Source: Anthoceros angustus
Lineage: Eukaryota; Plantae; Anthocerotophyta
Assembly (NCBI GenBank): GCA_010909165.1
Contig: VJWM01000003.1
Coordinates: 1 to 64,000 of the forward strand
DNA: 64,000 bases
Direction of reading: 5' to 3'
The translations under genes and the position numbers were made by a program. The number at the start of each line of letters is the position of its first letter. Within the stretch, counting starts at the first letter, position 1. Positions 44,466-58,340 of the stretch are shown piece after piece. The notes beneath the pieces were generated by a model. The model made no database searches, had not been told where the DNA came from, and was given only the letters and a program-made list of their open reading frames with translations.

Positions 44466-45199
44466 GTCCTCCACGTCTGCTGTCCTGCGAAGGTTGTTGT
44501 GGTGAAATCTTGCTGTGCCTGCGGTAGGTTGTTAGGGCAAGCTTCCCATGATTACATCTACCATGCTAATGCTGAACTTGTGATGACACTCGTCTACGGC
44601 TATGAGGAAGCTATGCACTTGTTGGGCATTAGGGTTTTTTACAGTCTTAGAGATCTGTTGTTCGTCCATGCCTCCGCGTGGTTCAAAGCCCTTTGTATTC
44701 CGATGGCTGTCTGGTCAGTCTCGGGCAATGACAACCCGTAAGTGGAGGCAGTCGGAAAGGAGATGGAGGTTCCCTGCTTCCCAACCTGCCTCTGTTTGCT
44801 GCGTCTGCGTTATACTGTTGGAATGTGGTGTGTGGTGTGAGTTTCTCTCGCTTCTTGGCGGTTTCACTTCGGCAGCGGGGAAGGACTTTGTTTGTGACAG
44901 CATTGTTCAAGGCAAGAATCATCTTGCAACAACGGAGAAAGAAAGCGCCGAATCTTCTTACTGATCTGAGCCACCTGGTGTGCACATTTCCAAGGGTGAT
45001 GGTGGCACCGAAACATGTGCCAGTCTTTACACCCTTGGTGGCACCGAAACATGTGCCAGTCTTTAGGAACCCTCAGTATGGCTTCGCTTTTCCATAATCT
45101 TCTTTGTACAGATTTGACCGTAGCAACATGACTATACCGCAGTTGTACAGGCCGAGGCTGTAGAAGTCATCCCAGAAAGCAGGATTCGCGTGCCAAATT

Positions 45200-46050
45200 G
45201 CAGCATTGGGCTGTAAAGTCACTACCCCAAAAGATGCACCGTGCATGCGTAGTGTTTTTCCGAGGCAACTACAACGCGGATTCTGCTTATTGCCTTACAT
45301 TGATACCGCCCCTCGGTTCACCAGACCTGTACGCCTGCACAAATTCAGTACACCAAATATTACGATACCATCCAGTTGGGTGCTATCCTGTTTCACTGTC
45401 TGGCCCCAACTCAAAAAAATCTTTACTGTGTCCTTCACAAATGTAGCCTGCAATCAGTGCTTCGAGATGACAATTCCTCTTTCAGGCAATGCATCGAACA
45501 CATGCTGTGCATCAACTGTGTTCCTGGACTTCCCATGCGTGTTAATCAAACTGCCCGCAACAAACACATCAGCATGGAGGCCCTGTCCCATGAGCTGTGC
45601 GCATAAATGTCTTCCCACAAACAAGGCTGCCACATTTTCACAAGTCTGCAAGAGGCACACAAATGGCACGGAATCGGGTACAACCGTGCCTTGCTAACAT
45701 CTTCTGTTTGAGAGCCCTAAACGAAGTCTTCCACCAACGCTGTATAGCTCGTTTTCACCAAGAAAACGACAAGACAATCACTACAGAATGCAGGGATCAA
45801 ACCTCCCAACCTCTCTTGCCTCTTGTGACAAGGTCGTTGGTACCTCGACAAGCATTAATTAATGACAAGACACCTTTGGCCTGTTTGCAGATTACTGTAT
45901 TCAGAGTGATACCCTCATCAGTGAATGCAGTTACATATCTGGCAAACAAGCCAAAGGTGTTTGTCATCAATGTTTTCGAGATCACTTTCTTCAACCGTGC
46001 AGCGGCTCGAAACCTGCCATCTCATGACACAAACAGCTGCTGACCCTAAC
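45200..46050 (-). pseudogene. PPR fragment preceded by the same unassigned TNTFGLFAR module
   Basis: PFVCLLQTCENVAALFVGRHL...HADVFVAGSLINTHGKSRNTVDAQHVFDALPERG; upstream KTLMTNTFGLFARYV. Confidence 0.82.
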
Positions 46051-46606
46051 TAATTAACGCTGCAGTCAAAAGGAAGCTCTCTACATCTCTGGAACTATCA
46101 CAACCCATAATCTATCCTACCCGGCCAGAAGAGGATACTCAGGGATGAGTTTCAGGGCTGGAACCTGCAGACTGGAGTAGCCAGGGTCCCCAAGGTCAAG
46201 ACAGGTTCCTGGGGTCCCAGCAGGACTCCAGACTTGGCAGAGAAATCGTCCTTCCTTGAACAGAAATCCGGCCCTGCACCTGCCGCCATCCTAGCTCCTG
46301 CTGCAGGGAAGGGCACAAGACGCGAGTGCCGGGCTGACCGAACTGGGAAGCCGACCAGAGGAGCAAGTAAACGTTAGGAGCTCCTCCTCAAAGCCCAACT
46401 GGGATGGAAACCTTGCCTGGACAGTACTGCCCATTTCACGACTTGTTAAGGCACGACTACTGTCAAGACGAAATATAGGTTAGGGTTTAGGATTTGGCGT
46501 GCAGGCCAACCCGCTCAAAGAGGTCCGCCACCTGCTACTGTGAGGCAACAAGGTCGGCGGCGGCGAGGAAGGTGGAGGCGCCGCGCATGTGGCGGCTCTG
46601 CCCCAA

Positions 46607-46678
46607 GCACGCAGTCTGCCCCAAGCACGCAGTCTGCCCCAAGCGCGCAGTCTGCCCCAAGCACGCAGTCTGTACCTG
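46607..46678 (+). repeat. 18-bp tandem repeat (4 copies) abutting the 5' end of ROCO copy B
   Basis: tctgccccaagcacgcag, four copies. Confidence 0.92.
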
Positions 46679-46679
46679 A

Positions 46680-49548
46680 TATCTCTGAGGGTGGATTACT
46701 GTGAAGGTTTTGGAAGGCAGGCGGCTTGCGAGGCTCTGGGCCAGCTTGTTGCATCCAGTCGCAGCTTACGAGAACTTCCAGCACCTAGGGTTGGGCTTGA
46801 TGCCGCGGGACTGGGTGCCCTGGCCAAAGGCTTCAACAAGGATTCTGTCCTGGAGAGTTTGGACCTAGGCACCTGGAGAGTTTGGACCTAGGCAAGAACA
46901 GTGTGGGAGATGCTGAAGGGGCACAGCACCTGGCCCGCATTGTGGCCACTGCTCCCCGTCTCAAGGTTCTGCCACTGGATGCCATGGGCATGGATGTGGC
47001 TGGAGCCCAGTGTATTGCAAAGGCTCTTCCGCTCTGTGCCATGCTCCGGGTACTGGCGTTGGATCATGGCGTTGCATTGTAGGGTCCCATTCCCGGCGGC
47101 CTCGGACCCATGGGCACTGTGCTCGGCCCATGAGCCATCAGCTGCGACGGAAGAGTGGATGCTCCTTGTCCAGTTGCTCCCGGAATGCAAAGCACTGCGT
47201 GTCCTGGACTTGCAGTTTCTCCAGGGCCACGCCTCGTTCAAGAAAGAGTTGCTGAGATCCTTGGAGAGCAACGCATCTCTGGAAAATCTCGACATTTCTT
47301 ACTGCGACGCCCTGATCTATGACATGTTCACAGACTTGATGAACTCTCTTCAAAGTACGGGATCAAAGTACGGGGAACAACATGGGAAGAAGAAGGAAAG
47401 GACGCAACCATCAATATAGCCTTGGCACGCAATGCCACTCAAGAGGCTTACTGGCCTTTGCTCGTGAACGGGCAAGGGCATGTGATGCCCTAGGCTGGGC
47501 GCCTCTTCCTGTGCGGTGTCCCTTTGGCAGGGAAGACCACTCTCCGCACCACCATGATTCGCCCATGGAAACGACAGACTGACGCATCACCCGAGTTCCA
47601 GCTCGTCGAAGTTCCAGCTCGACTGAAGGAAACAATGTCTTATGCTCGGCGACGGATGTTTACCGTCACCGGTACCAGAACGGAAGGCATAGAAATCGAT
47701 GTGTTGCGCAACGACCATGATATGCAAGTTACCATATGGGATCTGGCTGGACAAGCTCAGTACCGAGCTCTGCAAGACTACCTCTTTCCGACCTTCAACC
47801 AAGCATGTGTCTTCCTGTTTGCGTTCAGCGCATTTGATGTCCGGAAACCTCACCAACTGCATCCGCCTAACATCCTGCAGGACAGGTTCAGAAGGAGCTT
47901 GGCGTACTGGCTTAGGTTCATCAACTCAAATTGTCGCAACGTGGGCTCTACTTTGCCTCAAATATTTGTGGTGGCAACTCATGTGGATCAGATGGAGGCT
48001 TCTGATGCTCTAGCATTACCGGATCTCCTACAACCCGTTCTGACACAGTTGGCCACCGAGTTTGATCAGGTTGTTCACGTGCAAACAACACCACTCTTCT
48101 CCATGGACGCTCGATCTGCCAAGAGTGTGAAACCCTTGCTGGACGCACTCATGGGATCGTTTCGAGCTCTATTTGCAACTAGACTGTTTTGGGTACCCGA
48201 GGTATGCAATCGATTGAGTGCTGTTTTGACTGCCTGGGTATCTCAAAATCCAGCTCAACACGTTGTGAGAAAACAGCAATTTCAAGCTTTGGGAGAGGAC
48301 ACCGGAGACATCGGTGACCATATCGATATACTGGTGAGGTCATCCAAGAGCAAAGATGGAACTATCGAGTTTCTCAAGGAACATGTGATTGCAAAGTTGA
48401 AATCTTTTTATGCTTCCCCTGAAGGCAGTCCGGGAGTCGAGCTTGTGGAAGGAATTATCAGGACCGAGTGTGTCGAAAAGCTCACTCTCTGTATCTACCG
48501 GCATAACCAGTCAGTGCTAACGCATGATTTGCTCAAGCGTGTTTTTGCATACCAACAAGACTGTAAAGGGGAGATTTTCTCCTCAATGGATCTGGCCGAC
48601 TTCAGCTGGTCCTGGCCAGAATGTCCTGAAGCCTTTTTGGAGAATGCCTTTGAGGGAGGTAAAGAGCTCTTAAGTGCTGGTGAAGTCTTGGATGTCTTGC
48701 AAAGGCGACGAACAGGTCTCCTTCAAACCATATCCAACATAGAACAAACCATATCCAACATAGATGCAGCTGTAGAGGAAGTCCTGCCTACAGAGAAAGT
48801 GGTGCTCGCACAACAAGACGCACCTTTTCAAACGTCTCGGTTTGTCAACATCCGACGTACTATATCCCTCCGTGGAACAACTCACCCGGAGATGGGGGAG
48901 CAACTGTTGCAAACCATCAATCAAGGGATAAAACATTTGAAGCACAATGTGAAAATTGTGGAGATAAAGTGAAAGCGGGGGGAGTTAAAGTGGATGAAAT
49001 TGGCGAGACTTTGCACCGTATGCAACGTGAGATCAGCGACATCAAGACCTAAAAGATCCACCTCCACTTCGCATCCTCCAATGTCAAGTCAAATCCAGAT
49101 TGGCCCTGCACGATGTGATTCCCAAAGATGTTTTCGCACATGAAGTGGAGCTTAGCCGCTTTGCCCACACGCACCCCTGCAATCAATCTGTGTGCCAGAC
49201 CCACGTCTGCAGTGGTGATGTACGAACGTCTGGGTATCTGACTGCTTTCTAATTCTGCAGTGAAATTCATAATCTCATCCATCTTAGAAAGCAAGAATTG
49301 TAGAGTATCTTCCCCATTTAAATCTGGACCTGACGGGACCAGCTGCGAGCCAGAGCACTCCCGTGCAAGAGGCATGGATTGCTCTGAAGAGTCTGTTCCA
49401 GCCGTTTCTGAGGGATCAAATGGCCGACAAACTCCAACGGCATGAGGTGCAATTTCGGAAAAGGCCTGAGGGAGGACCAGGAGTCGCATGGGTTTGCGAA
49501 CGGTGTATGCGGAGGGGAATTGACAAAGAAGTCTATCAGCCGCTCTGA
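46680..49548 (+). pseudogene. TRN1-like LRR-ROC-COR copy B, with an internal deletion and a local inversion
   Basis: High identity to copy A. ORF 47524-48972 (482 aa) AGKTTLRTTM...IWDLAGQ...VVATHVD. It jumps at ~48290 from the copy-A 34625 equivalent to the 35390 equivalent. 49051-49312 is the reverse complement of ~36130-36390. Confidence 0.9.
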
Positions 49549-50379
49549 CGGGAGCAACTAAAACGTCGTGTGTTGCAGCCTAACTTCGGCATTTGCAGGA
49601 TTTGGAGTGGCGTTTTGTTCTTCCCCTGAAGGTGGTGCAGGAGTTGAACTTATCGAAGGGATCATCAGGATTGAGTGTGAAGGGAACCTCGCACCCTGTC
49701 TTTACCGACAGTCTCAATCAGTTCTAACACAGTTTGATGAAGTGCCTTCTTGAATATCAGAAAAGCTTTCCAGGGCAGATTTCCTCCGGCTTGGATTTTC
49801 CCGATTATCAATGGTTCTGGCCAGCGAGGCCTGAAGCCCGTCTTTGAGGAAGCCAGGGACCTCTTAAGTACGTAGTCTCTTTCTGATGCGATGATACGAT
49901 GTGTTACATAGGGGAATCAGAACCCTTGAGGAAAGGACGTCAACTTAGACAGGTCTACAACGAGAGGGAAATTTGAAGAGTCCATTTGAATTAAAACCTA
50001 CAGAACCACTGTCTACTTCTTCTCTTAGACTCGTAGAGCAGGAACTACACCAATGCCCACATTCGCTGCTGTTCCAGCAACATTTCGCATTGACGTTGTG
50101 TCATTGAACAGTTCAACGAATGACATCGTGCCCTGCACCTTGGCAATTTACAAAACACAAACAATATGCACAGTTCCTCCGACGATCATAGCGTCTTGCA
50201 GAGAAGACATTGACTAATGACTAACACAAACTTGATCTGTGCATCTGTAGATTTTAGTGGTACGAACGTCTTGGGAAGAACAGCCAACCCGAGCTGGGAC
50301 AAGCCGCCAAGACTTTGGAAGTGGTGGGTCTGACTGGCAGCAATTGTTCACTACTCATGGTAAGACTTGCCCTGCCAAG

Positions 50380-51760
50380 GTTTGCAAGTTACTGATGCCA
50401 TCGTGTGTCCGGAACGCACTTGGTGAAAATACTGGTGTCACATGTACTGCCAGGATAGCAGGATATGCCCAGCAGGGGCATGGGTTCACGAAGCCTTTGT
50501 CTCTATGGTGCGATAAAGGTTAGGCATGGATGTGCGCGCCTCCTGCACAGGAGGGCACCAGAACGCTGGAGAAGGGGATGCAACTTCATGTGCAGACTAG
50601 AGAGCAATCAACGTGTTTGTGGCCAGCACTGGTAAAGGACATGGTATGGTAAAGACTATGCTATGTAGCACTGATTGCAGCAAACCTATGAGTTCGTTAC
50701 ACGGCATGTTCTCGATTGCGTTTCTCAGCCAGTTGTGGGATATGGAGCTATTGCAGTTAAAGATGGTTCCGGTACTGCTGACATGTTTCGTGCTTCAGGC
50801 CTCGTAGATCGTTTGAATTGATAAAATGTGCAGAGAAACGACAGACCTGCAAGTTCACAGGTTTGAAATTGGGGTGTTAGGAAGCTGGAGGTTATATTCA
50901 TAGTGGATCTCCTGCTCCTGCAATTGGGATTTTGCAGCTGGACTCTGGAGGCCTTCTTTCCCAGGCTTTAGGAAATCCTGCTGTCAGGAGAGATCATGGT
51001 TCTCCACAATCTCTGGCAGGTCACTCAAGTTTGCTTTAGACATGTCCAAAGGGTAACCAATACGCATGGAGGCACGGACTTGTACAAGAAAGCAGTGCGT
51101 CCAAGGTGAGAAACCGATTGCAAATCACCTCTTAAATGTCTACCTGAAGAGACATCGTCATCTGGATGCACTGATGGCAGGCTACACCCGCCATGAAGGA
51201 GACAGTAAAGTGGACTTTGAGTTGGTCCAGAGAATGAAACAGGATGGCTTGCAACCAGACGGTATCACATTCCTTAGTGTACTGCCTGTCTGCTGGACTG
51301 TGAACGAGGGGCGGAAGCCTTTTGAGGCAATGAGCAGACTCCACGGCATAGTTCCCACAGAAAACCACCACACATGCGTGGTGGATCTCCTGGGCCGCGC
51401 ATGACGAGTGGATGAGGCAATATGTTTAGTAAGGAGAAAGCCTTTTCTGTCCAATGCTGCAGTTTGGCACACACTGTTGGGTGCTTGTCGAAAACGGAGC
51501 AACGTCGAAGTAGGACTCCATGCTTTCAATGAAGCAATGAAGCTAGGCAAGAAAGACGCTGCAGCATACATATTGATGTCGAACATATACACCAGTACCC
51601 AGATGCAGGATCGGGTACAGACCACTAGAAAAAGGATTAAGGCATGGAAGCGGCCAGGTCAGAGCTGATGGACTGATGAGGAAGGACTGGTGCATAGTCG
51701 CTTGATTGGGGATGAGAAGCATCCACAACGTCAGGCAAGCCTAGATGAAGGGCTGTGTCA
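50380..51760 (+). pseudogene. PLS-class PPR pseudogene with E domains
   Basis: IAGYAQQGHG; QRMKQDGLQPDGITFLSVL; HGIVPTENHHTCVVDLLGRA*; AVWHTLLGACRKRSNVEVG...AAAYILMSNIY...KRPGQS*W (PG-box). In-frame stops are present. Confidence 0.88.
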
Positions 51761-51952
51761 AGTGTTTTCCAAAACGAGCCACCGAGCAAGTAGAACCTAG
51801 AGACTAGGTGCTGGGAAGTGCAGGGAAGTGGACTAGGTGCTGGGAGGAGGAGCAGAAGGAATTCCTAAGACGTCCTACCAAGTCCGGCAAGCAATCCTGA
51901 TCTAGTCTTGAAGACTTTACAAACGAGCTCAACGTGCGAAGTGAAGCCCAAA

Positions 51953-52093
51953 GCAGGATCCCCTCCAGATGGACCTTTCCCAGAGCAGGATCCCCGCCAG
52001 ATGGTGCTTTCCCAGAGCAGGATCCTCTCCAGATGGACCTTTCCCAGAGCAGGATCCCCTCCAGGTGGTGCCTTCCAGAGCAGGATCCCCTCC
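51953..52093 (+). repeat. 32-bp tandem repeat (~4.5 copies)
   Basis: gcaggatcccctccagatggacctttcccaga units. Confidence 0.92.
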
Positions 52094-52949
52094 CCCTGTC
52101 ACAAGTTTAGGGCTTGGTTTACAACTTGGACGACCAGACGGCTTTTCTTTCTTGTTCGCGTTGCCATCAGTTTAGGGTTTATAATGTACCACAGTTGGAC
52201 GACCACAAGGCTTACCCCCCTTTGTTGGCGCTGGCATCCTGAAGGTAGACTGCACTTAGGCTTCCACTCCAGTAGGATCTCCGCGGACGAGCCCCGAGCG
52301 CTTACTTGCAGCTGTGATGTGTTTCCAAGTCCAGTCATCCTCGGCACTCGCGCCTTGTGCCCTGCCCTGCAGCAGGAGCTAGGATGGCGGCAGGTGCACG
52401 GCAAACATGGGTTCATAGGAACTCCAAGTCCATTGTAACATGAGTCCATGACCGGGGCTATGCATTGGCATCATGTGGAAATGAAGAGACACAGAAGGAA
52501 TTCCTAAGGCGTCCTACCATGTCCAGCAGGCAATCCCGTCTACGACAAGTTGAACGTGCCGAGGAAGAAATCTTATCCAGAGCAGGACCCTTTCCACATG
52601 GAGCCCTTAGCAGACGCCAGTCACAAATTTAGGGTTTATTTCACCACGAGTTGGACGACCAGACTGGCTTTCCTCTACTGCTTTGTTGGCATCCTGGATG
52701 CAGGCAGCACTTTCCATCCCCCTGAAACTTATGCCTGATATATCCTCTTCTGCCTGGATAGGATAGATTTGTGATTGGTGAAAGTTCCAGAGATGTAGAG
52801 AGCTTCCTCTTGACTGCAGCATTAGATTATCAGCCGTACTTGTCAAGAGAAGCAGGGTTCGAGCTGCCGCACCGGTATTGGATGGAGAAAGCAGCATTAG
52901 GGTTATGAGCCGTACTTGTCAAGAGATGCAGTCGCACCGGTATTGGATG

Positions 52950-53640
52950 GAGAAAGCGATCTCGAAAGCAATAATGACAAACACCTTTGGCTTGTTTGCC
53001 AGATCTGTAACTGTTTCCACTGATGGGTCCATCACTGGACATAGTGTTGCGGCAGATAAGCCAAAGGTGTTTTATCATTAATGCTTGTCAGAGGCACCGA
53101 CAGCCGTCAAGGGCTAAGACGTCGAAGCGAAGCCATCTCGTCAGCAAGAGAGCTAGGAAGGTTCGACCCCTGCATTCTGTGAGTGACTGTCTCGTCGTTT
53201 TCTCAACCAGTTATGGAAGAATTATGCTTCAGAGATGCCGAGAAAGGCACAAAATTTATCCTCGCTTTGGTGGAAGCCATCGTTCAGGACTCTGAAACCG
53301 AAGAGATGTCAGGAAGGCATGGTTGTACCCGATTCCGTGACTTTTGTGTGCCTCTTGCACACATGTGAAAATGTGGCACCCTTGGGTATGGGAAGTCAGC
53401 AACACACGCAGATTGTAGGACAGGGGCTCCAAGATGATGGGTTTGTAGCTGGCAGTTTGATTAACATGTGCTGGGAAGTCCAGCAGCACGGTTGATGCAC
53501 AGCAGGTGTTTGACGCATTCCTGAAAGAGACACTGTCATCGGAAAGCACTGATTGCAGGCTGCACCTGTGAAGCACATAATTGAGTGGTTTTTCGAGTTG
53601 TTCTAGAGAATGAAACAGGATGGCATGTAACCAGGTGGTG
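52950..53640 (+). pseudogene. TNTFGLFAR module plus PPR fragment (third copy; a fourth partial copy at ~58530-58960)
   Basis: KAIMTNTFGLFARSV...EGMVVPDSVTFVCLLHTCENVAPLG...GFVAGSLINM. Confidence 0.8.
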
Positions 53641-54714
53641 TCGCATTACTTGTTGTACTGACAGTGTGCAGTCAACTCAACTTCCAACTTCTTTAGCGTA
53701 GTGTTGCAGGCTAGAGCCAGCCCAATCATCTCCGCAAGACACAAGACCACAGTTTCTATTCCATCACTATTTCTGGTTCCAGTTCTCGCAGCCTCCGGAT
53801 CAAGGATCAACCAAGGAGTGTAAGAACGCAATACAGCGAACAGCACAAATTAATCCGCTGAATCATTGTCAAAGCCATGTGCAAGAATGTCGGGCCATGT
53901 CACACCCGCTTTTTGTCACAATGTACTTCCTTCTTGGCAGGCCAATTCCACTATCCACAACCACTACGCACATGACGATTGATTCTTTTGTGGTGTGGAG
54001 TGAAGCCCAGCCTGTACATATGCAGTTTGGACTTGTCATTCCAACTGTTCAGCGGCAAAAGACACGACCAAAAACTATCAAAAAGAAGAGCTGCCCGCGA
54101 CGGTTCCCTCATACGCTTCAGGAAGGCTGAAGTGGCTGTGCATCTTCTTTGGCCTGAAAGCTGAGCAATGTTTTTCTCCAGGCAGTTCACCGATGCCTGC
54201 AGAATCGTGCATGGGTGAAGGAAGGGTTGAACCAGTCTCTAATCGTATGTGGGTGAAGCAAGCGGCCCTTCCAGGAAAGGACGAATTCCGGCTAGATGTT
54301 GCCTGAATTCCGTACACATTTCCTCACCACCACGACTGATGTCCAGTTTAGATAGATTCCTATGCCATGCGAAAAGGAAGAGCATCCGTACAGAGAGCAC
54401 AGTTCCTATTCGATCCCTGACATAGACTAGAGCAAAAATGCTGAAGCGTGCCAGTTCCCACTGCCTCCGGATCAAGGAAGCCCGACCCCTTGTTCACAAG
54501 CTCTCAATGCAGATCCCCACATGGACAACTGCCATCAATTGTGTAGCCTAAATATTTCTTGACGGTTCATGAATTTTCGTTACCGCCGAGGGGAGCATTG
54601 AGCATCCACTCACTCTGAAGTGAGATGGAAACCTTGTCAATGAAGGTAGCAAAGTAACAAGCCTGCAAAACCTTGCAGTCCAATAAACCTTCCAGCGCTT
54701 GGCAGGAAGTACAG

Positions 54715-55520
54715 TACACATTTCCAGAACTCAGCGTCTAGTACAGTCCTCCGCTCGGCCAACTGAGCTAAAGTCGGATGTGTGTATCAGCCTGTGGACG
54801 TGCGAGTCCTTTGCAGTTATTCAATTCGCATTCAAACATCCTGCAACATTGCAACACCGAGAATGTTGCAGCAACGAGAATCCATTCATGAGAAAGAATG
54901 CAGTAATGCCCTTACCTTGCAACCACCAGCAGACGTGCAAGCCTGCTGTACTTCAGTCACGAATTCTTGCCAAACGTCTCATATCCAGGCAAAGATAGTC
55001 CCACGTGCTAAAAATCCTGAAAAAGAGTGGAGTTCGGTGTAAAGCGGCGGACTCAGATGACACCGAGCCTTCGTTGCACAAAAACTCTGCACCTGTGAAG
55101 CAAGCGGCCCTTCCAGGAAAGGACGAATTCGGCTAGATGTTGCCTGAATTCCGTACACATTTCCAGAACTCAGCGTCTAGTACAGTCCTCCGCTCGGCCA
55201 ACTGAGCTAAAGTCGGATGTGTATCAGCCTGTGGACGTGCGAGTCCTTTGCAGTTATTCAATTCGCATTCAAACATCCTGCAACATTGCAACACCGAGAA
55301 TGTTGCAGCAACGAGAATCCATTCATGAGAAAGAATGCAGTAATGCCCTTACCTTGCAACCACCAGCAGACGTGCAAGCCTGCTGTACTTCAGTCACGAA
55401 TTCTTGCCAAACGTCTCATATCCAGGCAAAGATAGTCCCACGTGCTAAAAATCCTGAAAAAGAGTGGAGTTCGGTGTAAAGCGGCGGACTCAGATGACAC
55501 CGAGCCTTCGTTGCACAAAA
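54715..55520 (+). repeat. Tandem duplication, ~440-bp unit
   Basis: gtacacatttccagaactcagcgtctagtacagtcc at ~54713 and ~55153; ORFs 54782-55042 and 55219-55479 encode identical peptides. Confidence 0.92.
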
Positions 55521-55999
55521 ACTCTGCACCCGAAGGGCGTGTGAACTCCGAGACTCTGTATTCACAGCTCATAAGTCACTGAATGACGAAGAGGTATGAT
55601 TCCCAGCTGGGGCAGCTCTGCTGGGAGGGATCTTCCAGTCTCATCAGCATGTATGAATGGCCAGTAACAACATCGTGCCCTGCTCCCTGCATTGTGCCTG
55701 CTTGCAAGCTGCAGGGAACGGTGGTTTCTGCATGAGGTGGTGAGGCATATGCCAGTGTGGATTAGGGTGTTGCAGGTGGTTGCAGCCAGGTTGTCAAGGT
55801 TCCGATTCGGATTAGCATATGCTACCTTGTTGTGCAAGTCTTGTGAAAACCAAACTTCTTAGGGTAAAGTATGTACTTCAGTAGATAGTTCAGGGCAAGG
55901 CATCACCTGGCAGCTTAATTCACTGCCTTGAGTCGACGAGACGCCTATCCCTTTCCTGACTTGGTCCATCCCTTTGCCTGCAAGGATTTCAGGAACAGA

Positions 56000-58340
56000 A
56001 CAGAGATGGATGGAGGAAGTCCGGTGTGAAGCCAGTCTTATCCCGTTTGGAGCGTGGACGTTTCCCACGCCTTCGCCAAAGAGACCTTTTGTGCTGGACT
56101 GCCTGGCCCGGAATGATTTGGGCAGTCCAGCCCGTCTTGAAGATGATGAACGGTATGGCAGCTACTTCAGCCGCCAAGGAGTTGGTCCGCGTGATGGTGA
56201 TGAGGGGAGGTACTGGCGAGTGCGCATGCGGGTGTTGACAGCCATTGACAACTGCCGCAGTCGCTACGACATACACATGTCCCCCGAGTGGAAAACCGGC
56301 GTGGAGAGGGAAGAGGAAGTGCTGGTTCTGTTGCGGGGCATGGCACTCAACCCTGTCCTGAACTATTTGCATGTGGATGGATGTGAAGGTTTTGGAAGGC
56401 CGGCGGCTTGCGTGGCCTGGGCCAGCTTGTTGCATCCGGTCGCTGTTTAGTGGCCCTTGGGCTGCGAGGGGTTGGGCTTGATGCCGCTGGGCTGGGTGCC
56501 CTTGCGGAAGGCTTCAACGGGAAAGTCTGTCTTGCAGGACTGAAACTTGAGCTGGAATGAGGTGGAAGACGCTGGAGGGGCACAGCATCTGGCCCGCATT
56601 CTGGCCACTGCTCCCCACCTCCGCCGTCTGGTGCTGAAGGGTATCGATATTGGCACGGATGCGGCGGGAGCCCAGGTGGTTGCAGATGCTCTTCAATAAT
56701 GCAAAGCATTGGGTGAGCTGAGCTTGGCGCATATCACTGGCCACGCCTCTTTCAAGAAAGCGGTGCTGAGATCCTTGGCGTACAATGCATCTCTGACTGA
56801 GCTCGACAATACGGCCTGGGATGACCTGAACGATGAGATGTTCCCAGACTTGATGCATTCTCTTCCAGTCAACAAAACACTGCGGGTCATCTGGATGCGT
56901 GGGACATCATGGGAATTGGAGGGAAATGACGCAACCATCTCCCGAGCCTTGGCACGCAATGCTACACAAGAGGCTTACTGGCCTCTGCTCTCGGACGAGC
57001 CAGAGCCTTGGATGCCCACGGCTTGGCGCCTTGTCCTATGCGGTGCTCCTTCGGCAGGGAAGACCACTCTCCGCATGAATCTCATGGCGAGATTCATGCT
57101 TCGAGGTCGGGCAAGTTGGATTGAAAGAGAAAATGTCGCAAGCATGGGACAGTTTTCGCCGAACATGTGTTCAGCGATGGGTGTGTTCCTGCACTGAAAC
57201 CAGAAAAGAAGACGTAGAAATGGAGGCGTTGCGCAGCGACACCGGTACCGGAACGGAGGGAGTAGAAATCGAGGTGTTGTACAATGACCATGATATGCAA
57301 GTTACCATCTGGGATCTGGGTGGACAAGCTCAATACCGAGCTCTGCAAGACTACCTCTTTCCGACCTGTAACCAAGCATGTCTCTTCGTGTTGGTCTTCA
57401 GCCCATTTGAGGCTCAACGTCCTGAGGAACTCCACCCGCCTGAGATGCTGCAGGACAAGTTCAGAACGAGCTTGGCGTTCTGGCTTCGCTTCATACACTC
57501 CAACTGTCGCAATGTGGGCTCTACTTTGCCTCGAATATTTGTGGTCGTAACTCATGTGAATCACATGAAGGCTTTTGATGCGCTACTATTACCGGATCTG
57601 CTACAACCAATTCTGACCCAGTTGGCCACCGAGTGTGAGCAGGTTTTTGATGTTAGAACACCATCACTCTTCTGCATGGATTGACCTGGAAAAGTGGTGA
57701 TACCGCTTGCAATTACAACTACTTCGGAAGGAGGTTGCAATGCCGAGACAAGTCTAAGACGTTCTTGGTCCAGGCTTCTTTTCAAGATGCCGAGTATGAT
57801 CGTCAGCCTTTGATAATATCTTTGTTTTCCTAGTGAAAAGTCAAATCTGTTTTGTGACGTGGTGGACGTTTGTACATTGCAGGTGAGCCTTCGGAAAATC
57901 TTGTTTACTGAATACCACAAGTCTCATCTCTACAGCATTGAACGTAATTTGATCACCCTTCAATGTGATGGTATGGATGTATTCTAGAGAGTTATGGGGA
58001 TATTGCACAGGACACCGGAGACGTTGGTGACTATATTGATATTTTGGTCAGATCGTCCAAGGGCAAAGACCAAACTATCGAGTTTCTCCAGAAGAATGTG
58101 ATTATACAATTGGAAACTTTTTGTGCTTCTCCTGAAGGCAGCCCAGGAGTTGAGCTTGTGGAAGGGATTATCAGGACCGAGTGTGTGAAGAACCTCATGC
58201 TTTGTGTTTACCGACAATCAGTTTTTAAGAAACGAGTTGGCGAAGTGTCTTCTTGAGAATCAAAAAGACTCGGTAGGGGAGATTGTTTCCTCGTTGGATT
58301 TGACCGACTACATATGGTCCTGGCCAGCAGTACCTGAAGC
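56000..58340 (+). pseudogene. TRN1-like LRR-ROC-COR copy C (more diverged, retains the N-terminal region, internally deleted)
   Basis: LRGMALNPVLNYLHVDGCEGFGRPAAC; WRLVLCGAPSAGKTTL (intact P-loop); TEGVEI...IWDLGGQAQY...VVVTHVN; partial COR. Confidence 0.85.
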
